In this document: positions 23,756 through 36,900 of the stretch, one piece after another
How positions within the stretch are numbered: position 1 is the first letter of the stretch
Layout: each line of letters opens with the position of its first letter
IMG/VR virus record: IMGVR_UViG_3300045988_020586
Strand: one strand, 5' to 3'
Length of the DNA: 64,000 nucleotides
Origin: a virus
The notes under the pieces: generated by a model
Told to the model about the DNA's origin: nothing
Database searches by the model: none
The model's input: the letters and a program-made list of their open reading frames with translations, nothing else
Program-made: the position numbers and the translations under genes

Positions 23756-25192
23756 ATGAATTTTAAGAAACAACCATTAAAAGGTGTAGAGATACATGGC
23801 GCTCCACAAGTTGGTACGCGTACAGTAAATATCTTAATGGGCGAACACGCAAACGAATTTGTCCGTGGTGATATTATGGATGCTAATGCAGTATTGCAGG
23901 CATTTGATGAGCTTAAGGGTAATGTTGATACAGATCATGATACGCTTGAAGAGCTTGTTAATGAAATCCATAAAAATGCTAATAATATTAGCAATAATAG
24001 CACATAGATACAAAAAGTTGATGCCGCATCAAAGGCTAGAGACGAAAAAGAAGCAAAGGATAGAACCGATGCAGATAATGCTCTCGGGGTAAGAATTGAC
24101 GAAGAGGCAGCTGCTCGTAAGGCAGCAGACGCAGCAGAGTTATCTAGAGCAACACAGGAAGAGGCTAGACTTGATGCAGCAATTAAAGCTGAGGCTAATA
24201 CCAGAAAGCTTAACGATGATACTATTACAAGCGCATTAAATGCAGAGATTGCCCGTGCAAAGGCTGCTGAAAAAGATAATAGTAACTCAATTGCAGCAGA
24301 AGCTGCTACAAGAAAGTCAGAAGACGACGCTATTAAGAATCTTCTTCAGAATGAGGTAACTAGAGCTACTGCTGCAGAGACAACACTTCAGGGTAACATA
24401 GATAGAGAAGCTGAAGAAAGAAAGGCAAGCGATAACACTATTACAACTAATCTTAACAATGAAATAGCAAGAGCAAAAGCTGCCGAAAAAGACAACAAGG
24501 ATAGGATTGATGTACTTGATGGAGATTCTAACACAGAAGGATCTTATAGAAAAGCTATTAAAGATCTTATCAACGGCGCTCCAGAAGCATATGACACACT
24601 TAAAGAAATTGCTGACAAGCTTGCAGAAAATGATGATCTTCATCAGGCTATTGAAGAAGCTATTGCAACAAAAGCCTCTAAGGAAGAGCTTAAAGCAGAA
24701 TCAAATAGAGCAAAGGCTGCTGAAGCTGATAATGCCGCTGCAATAACAGCAGAGAAGAATAGAGCTACACAGGCAGAAAGTAATATTACTTCAAATCTCA
24801 ACAAAGAGATAGATAGAGCCAAGAAGGCAGAGTAGGCTAACACTACAGCTATTACAAGCGAGGTAACCAGAGCTACTGCTAAGGAGGCAGAGTTATCTAA
24901 TTCTATCGCTGCCGAAGCTAGTACTGCTAGAGCTGCTGAAAAGGCAAACACAGATAAGATTAATACAGAAATTCAGGATAGAAAGAACGCTGATACAATA
25001 CTTAATAACGCAATTAATAAAGAGGTAACAGATAGAACTACTGCAATCTCTAATGCTACAACAACTCTGAATAATAGTATTAATCAGGTTAGTACAAATC
25101 TTGCTAATCTTACAGCTACTGTAAACAACATTAGTGCATCAGTATCAAATATCACAGCAATTAGCACAGATTATATTAACGGTTTAAGCTAA
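23756..25192 (+). CDS. coiled-coil tail-fibre-like protein (2 in-frame TAG)
   Basis: Single frame from ATG 23756 to TAA 25190-25192, with TAG at 24005-24007 and 24833-24835. Recurrent N-x-E-I-x-R-A-K-A-A-E-K-D-N modules. Confidence 0.7.
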
Positions 25193-25198
25193 TAAGAT

Positions 25199-26470
25199 AT
25201 GAAAGAGAATATTGAAACAAAAGACGTACAGAGAACCGAGTATCTTGACAAGAATGGTCTTGATATGTTGTGGGCAAAGGTCAAGGAAAACACACATAAT
25301 CAGGTTGAAGTAGAAAGAAATAGAGCTGTAGCTAAAGAGAATAGTATAATTGATACAAAAGCTGATAAATCTGCACTTGATAATTACGTTCTTAGCACCG
25401 CTCTTGCAGAATATGCAAAGAAGACAGATATTCCAGAAGTCGACACTAGTGATTTTGTAAGCAAAACTACTACCGACGCACAAATCATTAATTCTTCCTT
25501 AGGTATCGTTGGTGGTGATAAATATATACAAATTGTCGAATCTATTGTAGATGAAGACCCTGTATTTGCGACTTTATCCCCTGCTCTGTTAGAATTCAAT
25601 GGTAGTGATAGATCTACTATAGAATTAAATGGTTACGATGTAGATTCTAATAAAAGAAGCAGGATTACAATAGACGCTTTTAACGAAAATCCGCAGATTT
25701 TGTTGAATAACACTTCAATTAGCGACACTACCTTTTAGAACTATCTAGAAATAACCAACAAAGGCATTTCTAGCCTTGATAATAACGCTAACCACGTTTA
25801 TGCTACAGATGGTTCTATAGCTGATTTGACACAATATGCTAAGAAGAGCGAGATTTCTGCAAGTGGCAATGTTGACGATGTACAAGTTAATGGCGTAAGT
25901 GTTGTAGAAAACAAGATAGCTAATATTAAACCTGCTACTAAAGAAAGTCTTGGAGTTGTAAAGGTTGGTGATGGTCTTAATGTTGCTGATGGTACTATAA
26001 GTGTTGATAGTACTGCTATAGGTGCTGGCAACTATATTCCTTATGCGAGATATGAAAGCGGCGAGTATATTATGCTTAACAATATTTGTGTAGAAGGCGC
26101 CAGAACTAAATCACTTATAGGTGGTAACGGTTTGTCTGTGTTTAAAATTGCAAATAATGGTATACATTCCAATATATAGTGTGCTGAAATAGAATTGCAA
26201 AGTGATAAAAATCGAGTACGTATTAACGACGACGGTATTGATATATGGAAACTTGATGTTCATGCTGAGTTAGGCATTTCTGATCATCTGCTTGGTTTAA
26301 GCAATAGAGGCATAACATTACATGGTGGTGACAATAATCATGTATTAACTTCTAACGCTTCTACTATAGATATAACTCAATATGTATTGAAGTCAGTATA
26401 CGATGAAAAGATTGCAGCACTTGAAGCACGTATTGCAGCACTTGAAGCTAAGCATACAGAAACTGCTTAA
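25199..26470 (+). CDS. tail-fibre-like protein (2 in-frame TAG)
   Basis: Track ORFs 25199-25738, 25826-26179 and 26195-26470 share one frame and are separated only by TAG. C-terminal IAALEARIAALEAK. Confidence 0.7.
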
Positions 26471-26483
26471 TGAAATAAAAAAT

Positions 26484-26507
26484 AACGTTAAGAAAGATTT
26501 TAACGTT
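26484..26507 (+). terminator. hairpin after the tail-fibre gene
   Basis: AACGTTAA-GAAAGATT-TTAACGTT. Confidence 0.4.
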
Positions 26508-26510
26508 TAA

Positions 26511-26556
26511 GCTAGGTCTTAATGAAAGCATGACGGGGTTCGCTGCCCCGCCTAGC
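26511..26556 (+). other. tRNA-like minihelix (closing stem plus T-arm-like hairpin)
   Basis: GCTAGG...CGGGG-TTCGCTG-CCCCG-CCTAGC. Confidence 0.3.
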
Positions 26557-26722
26557 ACAACAGATTCTACCACGACTCCTTCCAAATGCGTACCAGGGTA
26601 GGACTTTTATTACTCCTAGGTGGAATATACTAGGACACGCGTAGCAATACGCTTATATTTAACGGGACTAGGATTAATCCAGTCCTAGTTCCATATTGTT
26701 TTACTTTTAAAACTTAAAGACT

Positions 26723-27535
26723 ATGGATACAATCGAGAAAGTTTATTGTACAGGACACGACAATAACGACGCTTTAGTAGCCGCTTTGGCTTCTAAGAAT
26801 AACTGTGATCCAATGGCTATGGCAGCCATGATGAATCAGAATGATTATATGAATAACCCATTTGCTTACCTTATCTGGATGATCTTCGCTATGCGTATGT
26901 GGAACAACCAGGATGGTGGTAACCAGGGAAATGCAATTCAGAGTCAGCTCGACGCAATGCGCTCACAGATCGCTGACAATCAGAATAGTTCATTGGTAAT
27001 GGATGCCATAAGAGGCAATAGTAATGCAATTACTCAGTTAGCCTCTAATCTGAATTGTGATTTCAACGCATTGAATAACGCTATTTGCTGCGTTAAGTCA
27101 GGAATTCAGGAAGTAGCAGGTAATGTAAACTTCTCTGCAGAACGCGTTATTAACGCTATTAATCTCGGAGACGCTAATATTACATCTGCATTGCAGAACT
27201 GCTGCTGCCAGACGCAATAGAACATTATCAAGATGGGCTACGAGAATCAACTTGGGCAGAAGGACATCGTTAACCAGATGCAGACAGGTTTCAGCTACAC
27301 AAACGCAGGTTTGGAAAGAGCTGCAAGTAACCTTGGTTTCCAGATGAGTTAGATGGCTTGCGATCTTAAGACGAACGCAAATGCTAATACTCAGAGAATT
27401 GTAGATGTATTGAATAATCATTGGCAGTCAGATTTGCAGTAGAGATACAATGACGCACGCCTTGAATTATCACAGTAGAAACAGAATGCTACTCTTATAG
27501 CAGCACTCAAGACTACTCCAACAGCTGCAGCTTAA
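26723..27535 (+). CDS. Asn/Gln-rich hypothetical virion or late protein (4 in-frame TAG)
   Basis: Track ORF 26723-27220 continues in the same frame through TAGs to TAA 27533-27535. Confidence 0.65.
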
Positions 27536-27559
27536 TTAAGTTTTAAATTATGTGTAAGT

Positions 27560-27577
27560 GCTCCTTCGGGAGCCTTT
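27560..27577 (+). terminator. UUCG-tetraloop hairpin followed by CTTTG
   Basis: GCTCC-TTCG-GGAGC. Confidence 0.4.
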
Positions 27578-27598
27578 GCATGTTAAATATGACATAAT

Positions 27599-28102
27599 AT
27601 GGCATTTAAAGACGTAAAACAAAATTATTCAATCTACATATTGAATAAACAGGATATATCTATTACCGACGGTAAGGTTATATCAGTTGGTTTTCCGCAT
27701 ATGGATTTAAACAATAAGCCAACTATTGGTTAGTCATAGATGGTTATAGATGTAACTATAGAATCTAATGACAAAACCGCAACATATACAATTCCTGAAA
27801 ATCTTTCTGTTACATATGCTGGAGATATTGTGCTCTCTACAGATAAGCAAGGTCTTATAGCAGAAGTTGAATCTATGAAGAATACTGCTGAAAAGATTCT
27901 CGAGTCTGTTCCAAAATAGAAAGAGGTTGTTGAAAAAGCAACAACCCTTCTATCTGATCTTAATCCAATATATAAGGAAAAGAAAGAGACTGAGTAGAGA
28001 TTTGCTAAGATAGAGGAAACTATTAACAGAATGGAATCAACTGTAACTAACTTTATTAATTCGTTTCACAATGGACAAGGTAATAGTAATACGGCACAGT
28101 GA
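27599..28102 (+). CDS. hypothetical late protein (4 in-frame TAG)
   Basis: ATG 27599, one frame to TGA 28100-28102. Confidence 0.6.
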
Positions 28103-28556
28103 TGAAGAATTGCCAAATACAAAGTATACTGCTAATGTGAAAAAGAACGAAGATGGCAGCTATACAGCTAGCTTAGATATTTAGAAGTAGAGCGATTATA
28201 AAGACTATGTGAATAAGAATGGATTACATTTTACAAAGTCATTACAAGAATACGCTAGCAAACAGATGGTTAATTCAAATGGATTAGAACATACATGGAC
28301 TCCAGAATAGGTTCAAAATGTATGCAATGTTCTCAATCTAAAGATACCAAGCACATCAACAATATATGATGTTACATATACAGCAAACATGGCTTATGCT
28401 GATTTCTATCCAGAGTTGCTTACTGAGCACGAGTGTGTTAAGTATGCAATGGCAGTTGCAAACGACGAAGATGGATACGAAGGAATATAGTTTTGTAGAT
28501 GGATTGCTGATGTAATAGCAAAGAAAGAAAATATAGATTGGGAGAAATTTAAGTAA
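28071..28556 (+). CDS. hypothetical late protein (4 in-frame TAG)
   Basis: ATG 28071 to TAA 28554-28556. Protein-like sequence (…NMAYADFYPELLTEHECVKYAMAVANDEDGYEG…). Confidence 0.6.
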
Positions 28557-28634
28557 TCTTTAACTGTGGCGTTTTAGACGTAGTCTTCAATGACACCACA
28601 GTACTATAATTAATAATAATTTAAACGAATTAAC

Positions 28635-31415
28635 ATGACTGAATTACTATCATAGAATGATTAGGTTATCGAGAAGAAACCAAATCCAATCGAAGAACTT
28701 AATACAACGATGGCTTAGTATTATTCTGTATTACACTCGAAGATTTATAGTCACGAGAGCAATAATGATATACACGTAACTTCAGATGATAAAAAGATCT
28801 GGAACAATAAAGCCAATTAGTCTGATTTAGAATCTGTTAAAGAATATGCTGATAGTTTAAAGTAGTCTTTAGATAAAGTTAAGCCAGATATAATTAAGGA
28901 AGTCGAGACTATGATAGATAATAGTAAAGACATTAATTTATCTGACTATGCCACAAAGGTTTATGTAGATGCCAAGATTGCAGCACTTAATATAAGTGAT
29001 GACATTGCTACAAAAACATGGGTGTCAAATAACTTTGTAAACTCTACAAATTATCAAAGATTTGACTCTACAAAGTATTATACAAAAGATGAAATTGATA
29101 ATAAAATTGCAGGAGCAAATGTAGATAACTATCAGATAACAGAGTTTAGTTTGGCTAATGATTATCTTAACCTTACATAGAATAATGGTATATCTACACA
29201 GGTAAAACTTTCTGATGTATCTGGCGGAGCAATAACCAGCGATAATTTGGATAGAAAGCTATAGGACTATTTAAAGATATCTGCTATAGGAAATATTACA
29301 TTTACTAGAGGCGGAAGAATAGTTAAAACATGGAATCCTGCTGCAGAAAATGCTACAGTAGAGCTTTCTGGAGGAAGCGGAGCAGATTCTTAGAGTGGTG
29401 GATATTATAAGCCGTACTTTAAGAATTATCCATCAGATGATAGCCTGCCTACATCACAATTACCAATAGTTGGATAGGATCCTACAAATGCAGGATGGAG
29501 CTCTGTTAATGTAAATCCTGAACAAGGATATTTTACTTGGGAGATATGGGTATACATTAAAACTGGTGGTGGCTTTGGTGATATCATAGGTCCAGTTTGT
29601 ATTTCTGGAAAAGATGGAGATAACGGCTCAGATGTTACTGGAAAAGAATATATATATCAGTTAAATAATAATCAGCCTACAAAACCAACAACAAAACCAG
29701 CATGGGGTGATGTTCCGGCTGGATGGACAGATAATCCTACAGGTATAGATTCTACTCATCGTACAGAATGGATGATGTATAGAACATAGGATTCCAATGG
29801 AGTTATAAGTAATTGGCTCCCAGCTAAGGGCCCTGTGATTTGGGCGCATTGGGGTAAAGATGGAACAGATGGCGATGGTGTACAATATATATTCTGTGCA
29901 TTAAAACCTGGTGAAACCACATCTGTATTTACAGGTGTAAACGATCCTGCATCGTGGACAAACGATTCAGGTTTTCAGAATGGAAAAGCTGGAGAATACA
30001 TTAAACCAGGATCTAGATGGACAGATAACCCAATAGATATTAAAACAGCAATTGGTTACGGTTAGGGATCAAGTTAGTATGTAAGTATAAGAAGATATAG
30101 AGGGTCTACAGGAAGCGCTGAAGATAGCGATGGAAGATGGGAAGCTTATAGCGAGCCTAGCTTGTGGACATACATGGCAAAGGATGGAGAAAGTTCATCC
30201 CAGACATTAAAGGGATCTCCTTTAAGAAATAGAGGTGTATGGCAGGCTGGCGTACAATATTTTGATGGTACAACCTAGTCTGATGGAGGTCTATTTTACT
30301 AGGACTTTGTATCATATACTCATTCTGTAGTAGCTGATGGAACATCTAAGAATGTTACAGATTTCTACGTTTGTAAAAGACAATGTGCAAGCATCGTTCC
30401 TACAAATACTGATTATTGGGACAAGCTTAGTGATATGGGCCCAATATACACCGACGTCCTTGTAGCTATGAAGGCATACATAAAAGAGCTTACAGCAGAA
30501 GAGGTTATAATCACAGATAACGAGAATATTGTAGCTGGTATGACTTCTGGTAATTCTGATAAAGTTTCATCTCAAGGAAATGTGAGAATATGGGCCGGCA
30601 CAAATGATAAGAATGCTAGTAATATAGCAGAAGCTCCATTTACTGTTACAGATAAAGGTGTGTTAACCTGTAGAGGAAACGATGGAAACATCGTATTAAA
30701 AGATGGCACAATTTATTTCATAGTCGGCGGAGTAGAATATAAGTTGGGCATAACGCATGGTAAGCCGGATTGGATTAATAGCGCCGGAGCTGACTCAGTT
30801 GAACAATGGCATACTAAAATTGAAACAGAGCACAACGTTTCATTTAGCGCTATTGATTCTTTTAGTATCAAAGATAACATTTATTATACAAATGGTACGA
30901 TGTCAGATATGGTAAATGGTACATATTATAAACGCGCATTAAAAATGACATGTTTGTATAATATTAGTGAGGGTATTGTATTTACATTTAAAGATACATT
31001 CGGAATAGATATATATACTAAAGCAATATTTTCGAATGGTATTAAAACAGTAGAAGGCGTAGTTGCTATCAGTGGATATTCTACTACAATATCTATACCT
31101 ACTTAGGATATTCCTGGAAAAATAAATATAGATACAACTAGCAAATAGTGGTGTTCTATAGAGAAAGAAAACAAAGATATTTTGCCAAGTATGTATTATA
31201 CAAAGGACACTCCTGTAGGTAAATTACACGAAGCTAGTTATCGTTCAGTTGATGATAGAAATATTACATATGGAAGTGGTACAGAAGATGGTATATATGT
31301 AATAAAGCCAGCGTCAAAAGAAACTGTAAGCACAGATAGAAAAATATCAATATTTGTCGACGAGTCTTCTGAGTAGAATGTATTTAGACCAACAGTAACA
31401 ACAGTATCATTATAA
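28635..31415 (+). CDS. large tail-fibre or receptor-binding-like protein, 926 aa (many in-frame TAG)
   Basis: Track ORFs 28911-29180, 29835-30065, 30435-31106 and 31182-31376 all lie in one frame, linked only by TAG. TAA at 31413-31415. Confidence 0.7.
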
Positions 31416-31924
31416 TGTTTGACATAGTACAGAATAAGATATAGTTAAGTACAGAAGATCTAGCTATACCACCATTTAAAGACTTCTATAATAATGCAAA
31501 AGATAAGCAAGACGCATTAAAGAAGATTGAATTCATAGTGTGGAGATACAAATGGAATAGTCCATATGAGGCTTATCCAGAGAAAGAACGCACATGGAGA
31601 GTAGCTAAAGATGTACTTAATGATGAGAATTACAAACCTGATGACGTTGTAAAAGAATTAGCAAAAAGGTTCCAGGAGTTCCAAGAGACTCCTGCTACCC
31701 GTCTGCTTAAATCTTCTAAGAGCGCAGCAGAGGGCATTATGAACACGATGGATAGCTATGCTGAAGAAGAACTTGATATAGATACAGCTAAGAAGCTTTC
31801 TGCCATATTGAAAGATGTTAGTGGTATTATCAAGTCGTTAGACATGGCTACGAAGTAGGCAAAAGCAGAACAAGCAGAAACCGGTAGAGTCAAGGGTGGT
31901 GGCGTTATTGGTATGTACGAATAA
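31415..31924 (+). CDS. hypothetical protein immediately upstream of terL (small-terminase position)
   Basis: TAATG overlap start; contains track ORF 31538-31858; 2 in-frame TAG; TAA 31922-31924. Function is guessed from position only. Confidence 0.6.
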
Positions 31925-31926
31925 TT

Positions 31927-33990
31927 ATGATAGACTTTAATTAGAAGCTCCATAATACTGATAAGTTCAGATAGGCAGCTATTTTTTTTGAAAAGCATGG
32001 GTGCTACACTTTAGCTCCAAGAGGTACTACTGATTATAAGAAATATTGGGACCAGGAAACAGAAAGGTGCCTAAATGGTTATACGGCTCCAGATGGAGAA
32101 GGTATAACAGGTTATAACTATTTTTATCTGAATTATAGTCCTATCTTTAAGCTTGTAGAAACAGAGTACACTGACAGAAACGGAGATATAAGAAAAAGAA
32201 GAGAGCGTGTGCTTTAGTTCCCTAGTTTTTGGGATTACGATTATTATTATTTTTGTGCTATAGAAGAAGCCGAGCAACAAGGCAAACATATGGCTGTTCT
32301 AAAATCAAGACAAAGAGGATACAGTTTCAAAGGAGCTTCTATGCTCGTAAGAAACTATATGCTTATTCCTGGATCAAAGAACTTTGCTGTAGCTTCGGAG
32401 TAGAAGTTTCTTGTAGGAGATGGATTGCTTACAAAAGCTTGGTAGATAATGGACTTCCTTGACAAACATACAGAATGGGCGAAACAAAGACTTGTATCAA
32501 CTCGTATGGAAAGAGTTTCTGGTTATAAAGTTACAGATGAATTTGGAAAACAAACTGAACAGGGATACCTTTCTAGTATAGTTGGAATAACACTTAAGAA
32601 CGACCCTGAACGTATCCGTGGTACTCGTGGTAAACTTGTACTATGGGAGGAGGGAGGTAAGTTTCCGGACCTTCTTGATGCATGGCGTATTGAATAGCCT
32701 TCTGTAGAAACTGATGATGGTGTAGCATTTGGATTGATGATAGCGTTTGGAACTGGAGGTACGATAGGTGCAAGTTTCGAAGGACTAAAAGAATTATTTT
32801 ATAAGCCTAATGCTAATAATGTACTAGCATTCCCTAACATATGGGATGATGGTAGAGAGAATACAGAATGCGGATTCTTTGTTCCAGCTTATTCAAATCT
32901 AGAATCATTTGATGATGACGGAAATCAAAGGTTCATGGACAAAGATGGTAATAGCCTAAAAGAGTTAGCTATACAAAATTTAATAGACCAAAGAAACAAA
33001 ATAAAAGACGGTGGTGCTAGCTAGCAATCTATAGACCGTTTTATATCAGAACGTCCTATGAAGCCAGCAGAAGCAGTATTGGAGCTTGGTAAGAACATAT
33101 TCCCTAGAAAACTATTAATGGACTAGTTGACCAGAATAAGGACAAACAAGAAGCTTCAAAGTATGAAGCATATAGTTGATCTAGAATGGGATGGAAATGG
33201 TCAAGTAAAGGCTACAGAAAAGCCTAGTGGGGATATAACTAACTACCCTCTTAAGAAAGGCGACAAACCTCATGGATCCGTAGTTATATGGGAGTACCCA
33301 GTAAAGGATCCTCCGCTTGGATTATATATAGGAGGATGTGATCCATACGACCACGATGACAGCTTTACAAACTCTCTTGGTTCTACATTTATATTTAAGC
33401 GTGTAAGAGCTGGAGAAGCTTGGACCGATGTAATAGTAGCAGAGTATTCTGGAAGACCAGATACGGCAGAAGAATACTACGAGAATGTACGTAAACTACT
33501 TACGTTTTATAATGCTAGATTATTGTTTGAGAATGAAAGAAAAGGAATCTACCCTTACTTTACGAATAAACACTGCGATTACCTCTTGGCTGATTAGCCA
33601 GATAAAATCATATCTGAAGTCTTCAAAGACAGTAAAGTACAAAGAAGAAAAGGATGCCACATGACCAAATAGATTAGGGCATATGGCGAAGGATTAATAT
33701 TAGAGTGGCTATTAGACGAGTTTGAAGAAGGCCACCCTAATGTAGAAAGAGTATACAGCGAACCTCTAATAGAAGAGCTTATAGAGAACGATGGTGTACG
33801 AAATGTAGACCGTGTGATAGCTTTGTGTATGGTAATGATATACAGAGAGGAGCTCTATTAGGTAAAGGTGTCGTCTGCAAAAGAACAAAACAAATAGGTT
33901 GAACTCTTCGAGATGCCGTTATTTAGCAAACAATGGTTTGAAGAAGATAGCAGCACAAGTGAAGACGGTATGCCGATATTCACATTTTAA
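31927..33990 (+). CDS. terL: terminase large subunit
   Basis: One frame across track ORFs 32449-32697, 32734-33024 and 33127-33597, linked by TAG. Typical TerL-like ATPase and nuclease-region sequence (…LKSRQRGYSFKGAS…, …GGCDPYDHDD…, …YNARLLFENERKG…). Sits directly before the portal gene. Confidence 0.85.
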
Positions 33991-33993
33991 TAC

Positions 33994-36900
33994 ATGGAAG
34001 ATAACTTATACAATTCAGCTTTCCCCAGACAAAAGCTCCCTCTTTCAAAGAAAGGAAAGAAGTGGCAGGAGGATTGCGTTAACTATATTATAGGTGAAGG
34101 TAACGTAACATCTGGAGGAAATAGTACATCATATTACGGAGAGCTGTAGACCTATTATAACTTATATAACAGCATCTTCGACGAGAAGGATTTTAAATCA
34201 ATTACAAACCCATTCAAGGTCGAGGATGGTTTTCCTGCTACTCCTCATGACTTTAATATTATAAGACCTAAAGTAGACTTACTTATAGGCGAGGAGACAA
34301 AAAGACCTCTTAACTTCAGAGTTATCAGAACTTCATAGGAGGCCACATCAGAAATGCAGGAGAAAGAGAAGTAGATGATACTACAATATATAGAAGCAGC
34401 TATCACAGCTAGAATGAGCCCGGAAGAAGCTCAGTAGTTCCAGGAGCAGCTATAGTTTGGAGAGGTTATGCCGCCAGAATAGATAGCTAAGTATATGGAT
34501 AAGGACTACAAAGATATTGTAGAGAATACTGCATATCATTCACTTACCTATCTGAGAGAAAAGCTTGATCTTGACAATGAGTTTATCAAAGGCTGGAAAG
34601 ATGGATTGATCTCAGGTAGAGAAATTTATTACGTTGGTGTGCTTAATGCAGAGCCATATGCCGAAAGAGTTAATCCTATATGTTTCTCTTACGACAAGAG
34701 TCCAGACCTTGAGTTTATTGAGGATGGTTCATGGTGCTGTAGAAAGATGCGTATGCCTATAACTGAAGTATACGACAGATATTACGATAAGCTTGAAGAG
34801 AAAGATCTTGATAAGCTTGAAGAAATGATTGGTTCTACTCCTGGTAGAAACCTTGGAGACAGAAGCCCTGTTGATATGGGTATACAGTTACGTATATACG
34901 ACAACCCAATATTCGAAGGATCCGGCAAATCACTTGTAAACGTATGGCATTGCTGTTGGAAATCTTTCAAAAAGATATTCTACGTAACTACTACAGATGA
35001 AGCAGGATAGCCTTAGATTAACATAGTTGATGAAACATATCAGCCTGTTGGTAATGAGGTTAGCGTAGAACCAGATTGGATTATAGAAGTATGGGAGGGA
35101 TATAGAGCTGGTAGCGACTTATACTTTGGTATATAGCCTATTGAATACCAGCATGTAAGTATTGATAATCCTAATAGTCAGAAGCTTCCTTATTGTGGAG
35201 CTATTTATAGCAATACAAATAGTAAGCCTAGATCATTGGTTAGCATTCTTAAGCCATTACAGTATATGTATATTGTACTGTGGTACAGACTTGAGTTAGC
35301 TATTGCTAGAGATAAAGGTAAGGTTGTTAATATGGATATTACATAGATTCCTAAGTCTATGAATATTAGCCCAGCTAAATGGATGCATTACTTATCTAGT
35401 GTCGGTGTTAACTTTATTAATCCATACGAAGAAGGCTGGTGTTTCGATCCAGAAACGCTTGTGGCTACACCTAGTGGTAATACTAAGATGAATGATATTA
35501 GATTAGGATAGTTTGTATATACTCCTGGTCACCATCTAGCTTAGGTTACAAATCTTTTCCATGGAGAAGATGAGATGTACAACATAATACCATCTATAGG
35601 GTCTAATGTTTAGAAAGTTACAGCTAATCACTTGGTTAGGTATAGATATAGAATAAACGGACATTCCGATTCTGAAGTAAGAGTAGATAAAGCTAAAGAT
35701 CTTATGCTTAAATTTAAGCAAAATAAGTATTACGCACAGAGATGTTTCCTTGAGAGAGAAGATAATTTCTTTGATCCTAAGGAACCTAGTAAATTTGGTG
35801 GAAGAGATATGTATTTGCTTGGGCTTTGGCTTGGAGGTGGTACAAAGAATACTCCTGAATTTGAATCTATGGATCCTGAAATAATACAGTATCTTGAGGA
35901 TTATGCTTGTACGCACGGATTAAGATGTTCTTATAGACATAAGAATGGTAGCAGATCAATGACAATTAGACTTAGCTCTGTTAACAACAAAAAGAAAGGA
36001 TAGGCTTTCTTGAATCCATTTATAGAAGATCTTAGATATTTCGGCGTATACGATAACAAAGAAGTAAGCGGTTTGCATATAGATAATATTGATGACGCTT
36101 TAAACTTCTTAGCGGGATTAATAGATACTGATGGAAGCGTATTTAAAGGAAACGGAAATCATAAAGGGTATGTAGAATTTACACAATGTGAATCACATAA
36201 AGATATATTTGATTTATTCGTTGACTTGGCGAGAAAATTAGGATATAGAGTATCTGTAAAGAGAAAAGAATCAGTTGTTAAGAAGATATACAAAAATAAG
36301 ACTATAACTATTTATGAACCTTTCTATAAAGCTAGAATATTTGATGGGAACTATGATATACCTACAAAGATAGAAAGAAAGAAATTTCATTTTACATAGG
36401 GTAGAGTATATAATAAGAACTATTCACATTTCAAGATAGAATACGCTGGCAGAGGTGAATATTACGGATTTGCTATTGATGATCCAAAGCATGAATTCTT
36501 ACTCTCTGATATGACAATAGTTCATAACTGTATCCCAGGAAGAGAAGGTGGTAAGCCTGCGCAGTTTAATCAGATAACGGCATTGGATCTTACAATGTCT
36601 AATGTCATAGCTGAATATATCCAGCTTATGGACAAGATAGAATAGCTTGCTGGAACTATCTCTGGTATTACAGCACAACGCGAAGGAGCTGTAAGCTCAT
36701 CAGAAATGGTAGGTAACGTAGAGAGATCTGTAGTACAGAGCTCGCATATTACTGAGCCGTTGTTCTGGGTTCATAACCAGTGTAAGCGAAGAGTGCTTAA
36801 TATGCTTCTCAATACAGCTAAAGGTGCTTGGGAAGAGACCGGTAAGCAGAAGCTTCAATATATCTTTGATAATGGAGAAAGAGCGTTCTTGGATATTACT

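Noticed and set aside
24317-24951. Minus-strand ORFs 24317-24643 and 24643-24951, and plus-strand off-frame ORFs inside the tail-fibre gene.
   Set aside because: Repetitive Ala/Ser/Leu or Phe/Cys-rich shadow frames of the coiled-coil repeat gene 23756-25192.
35536-35916. Minus-strand ORFs inside late genes (35536-35916, 38208-38447, 39194-40151, 48473-48916, 61138-61443 and others).
   Set aside because: Each lies antisense to a long TAG-linked plus-strand frame with a far more protein-like translation; Ile/Phe/Leu/Ser-rich junk sequences.
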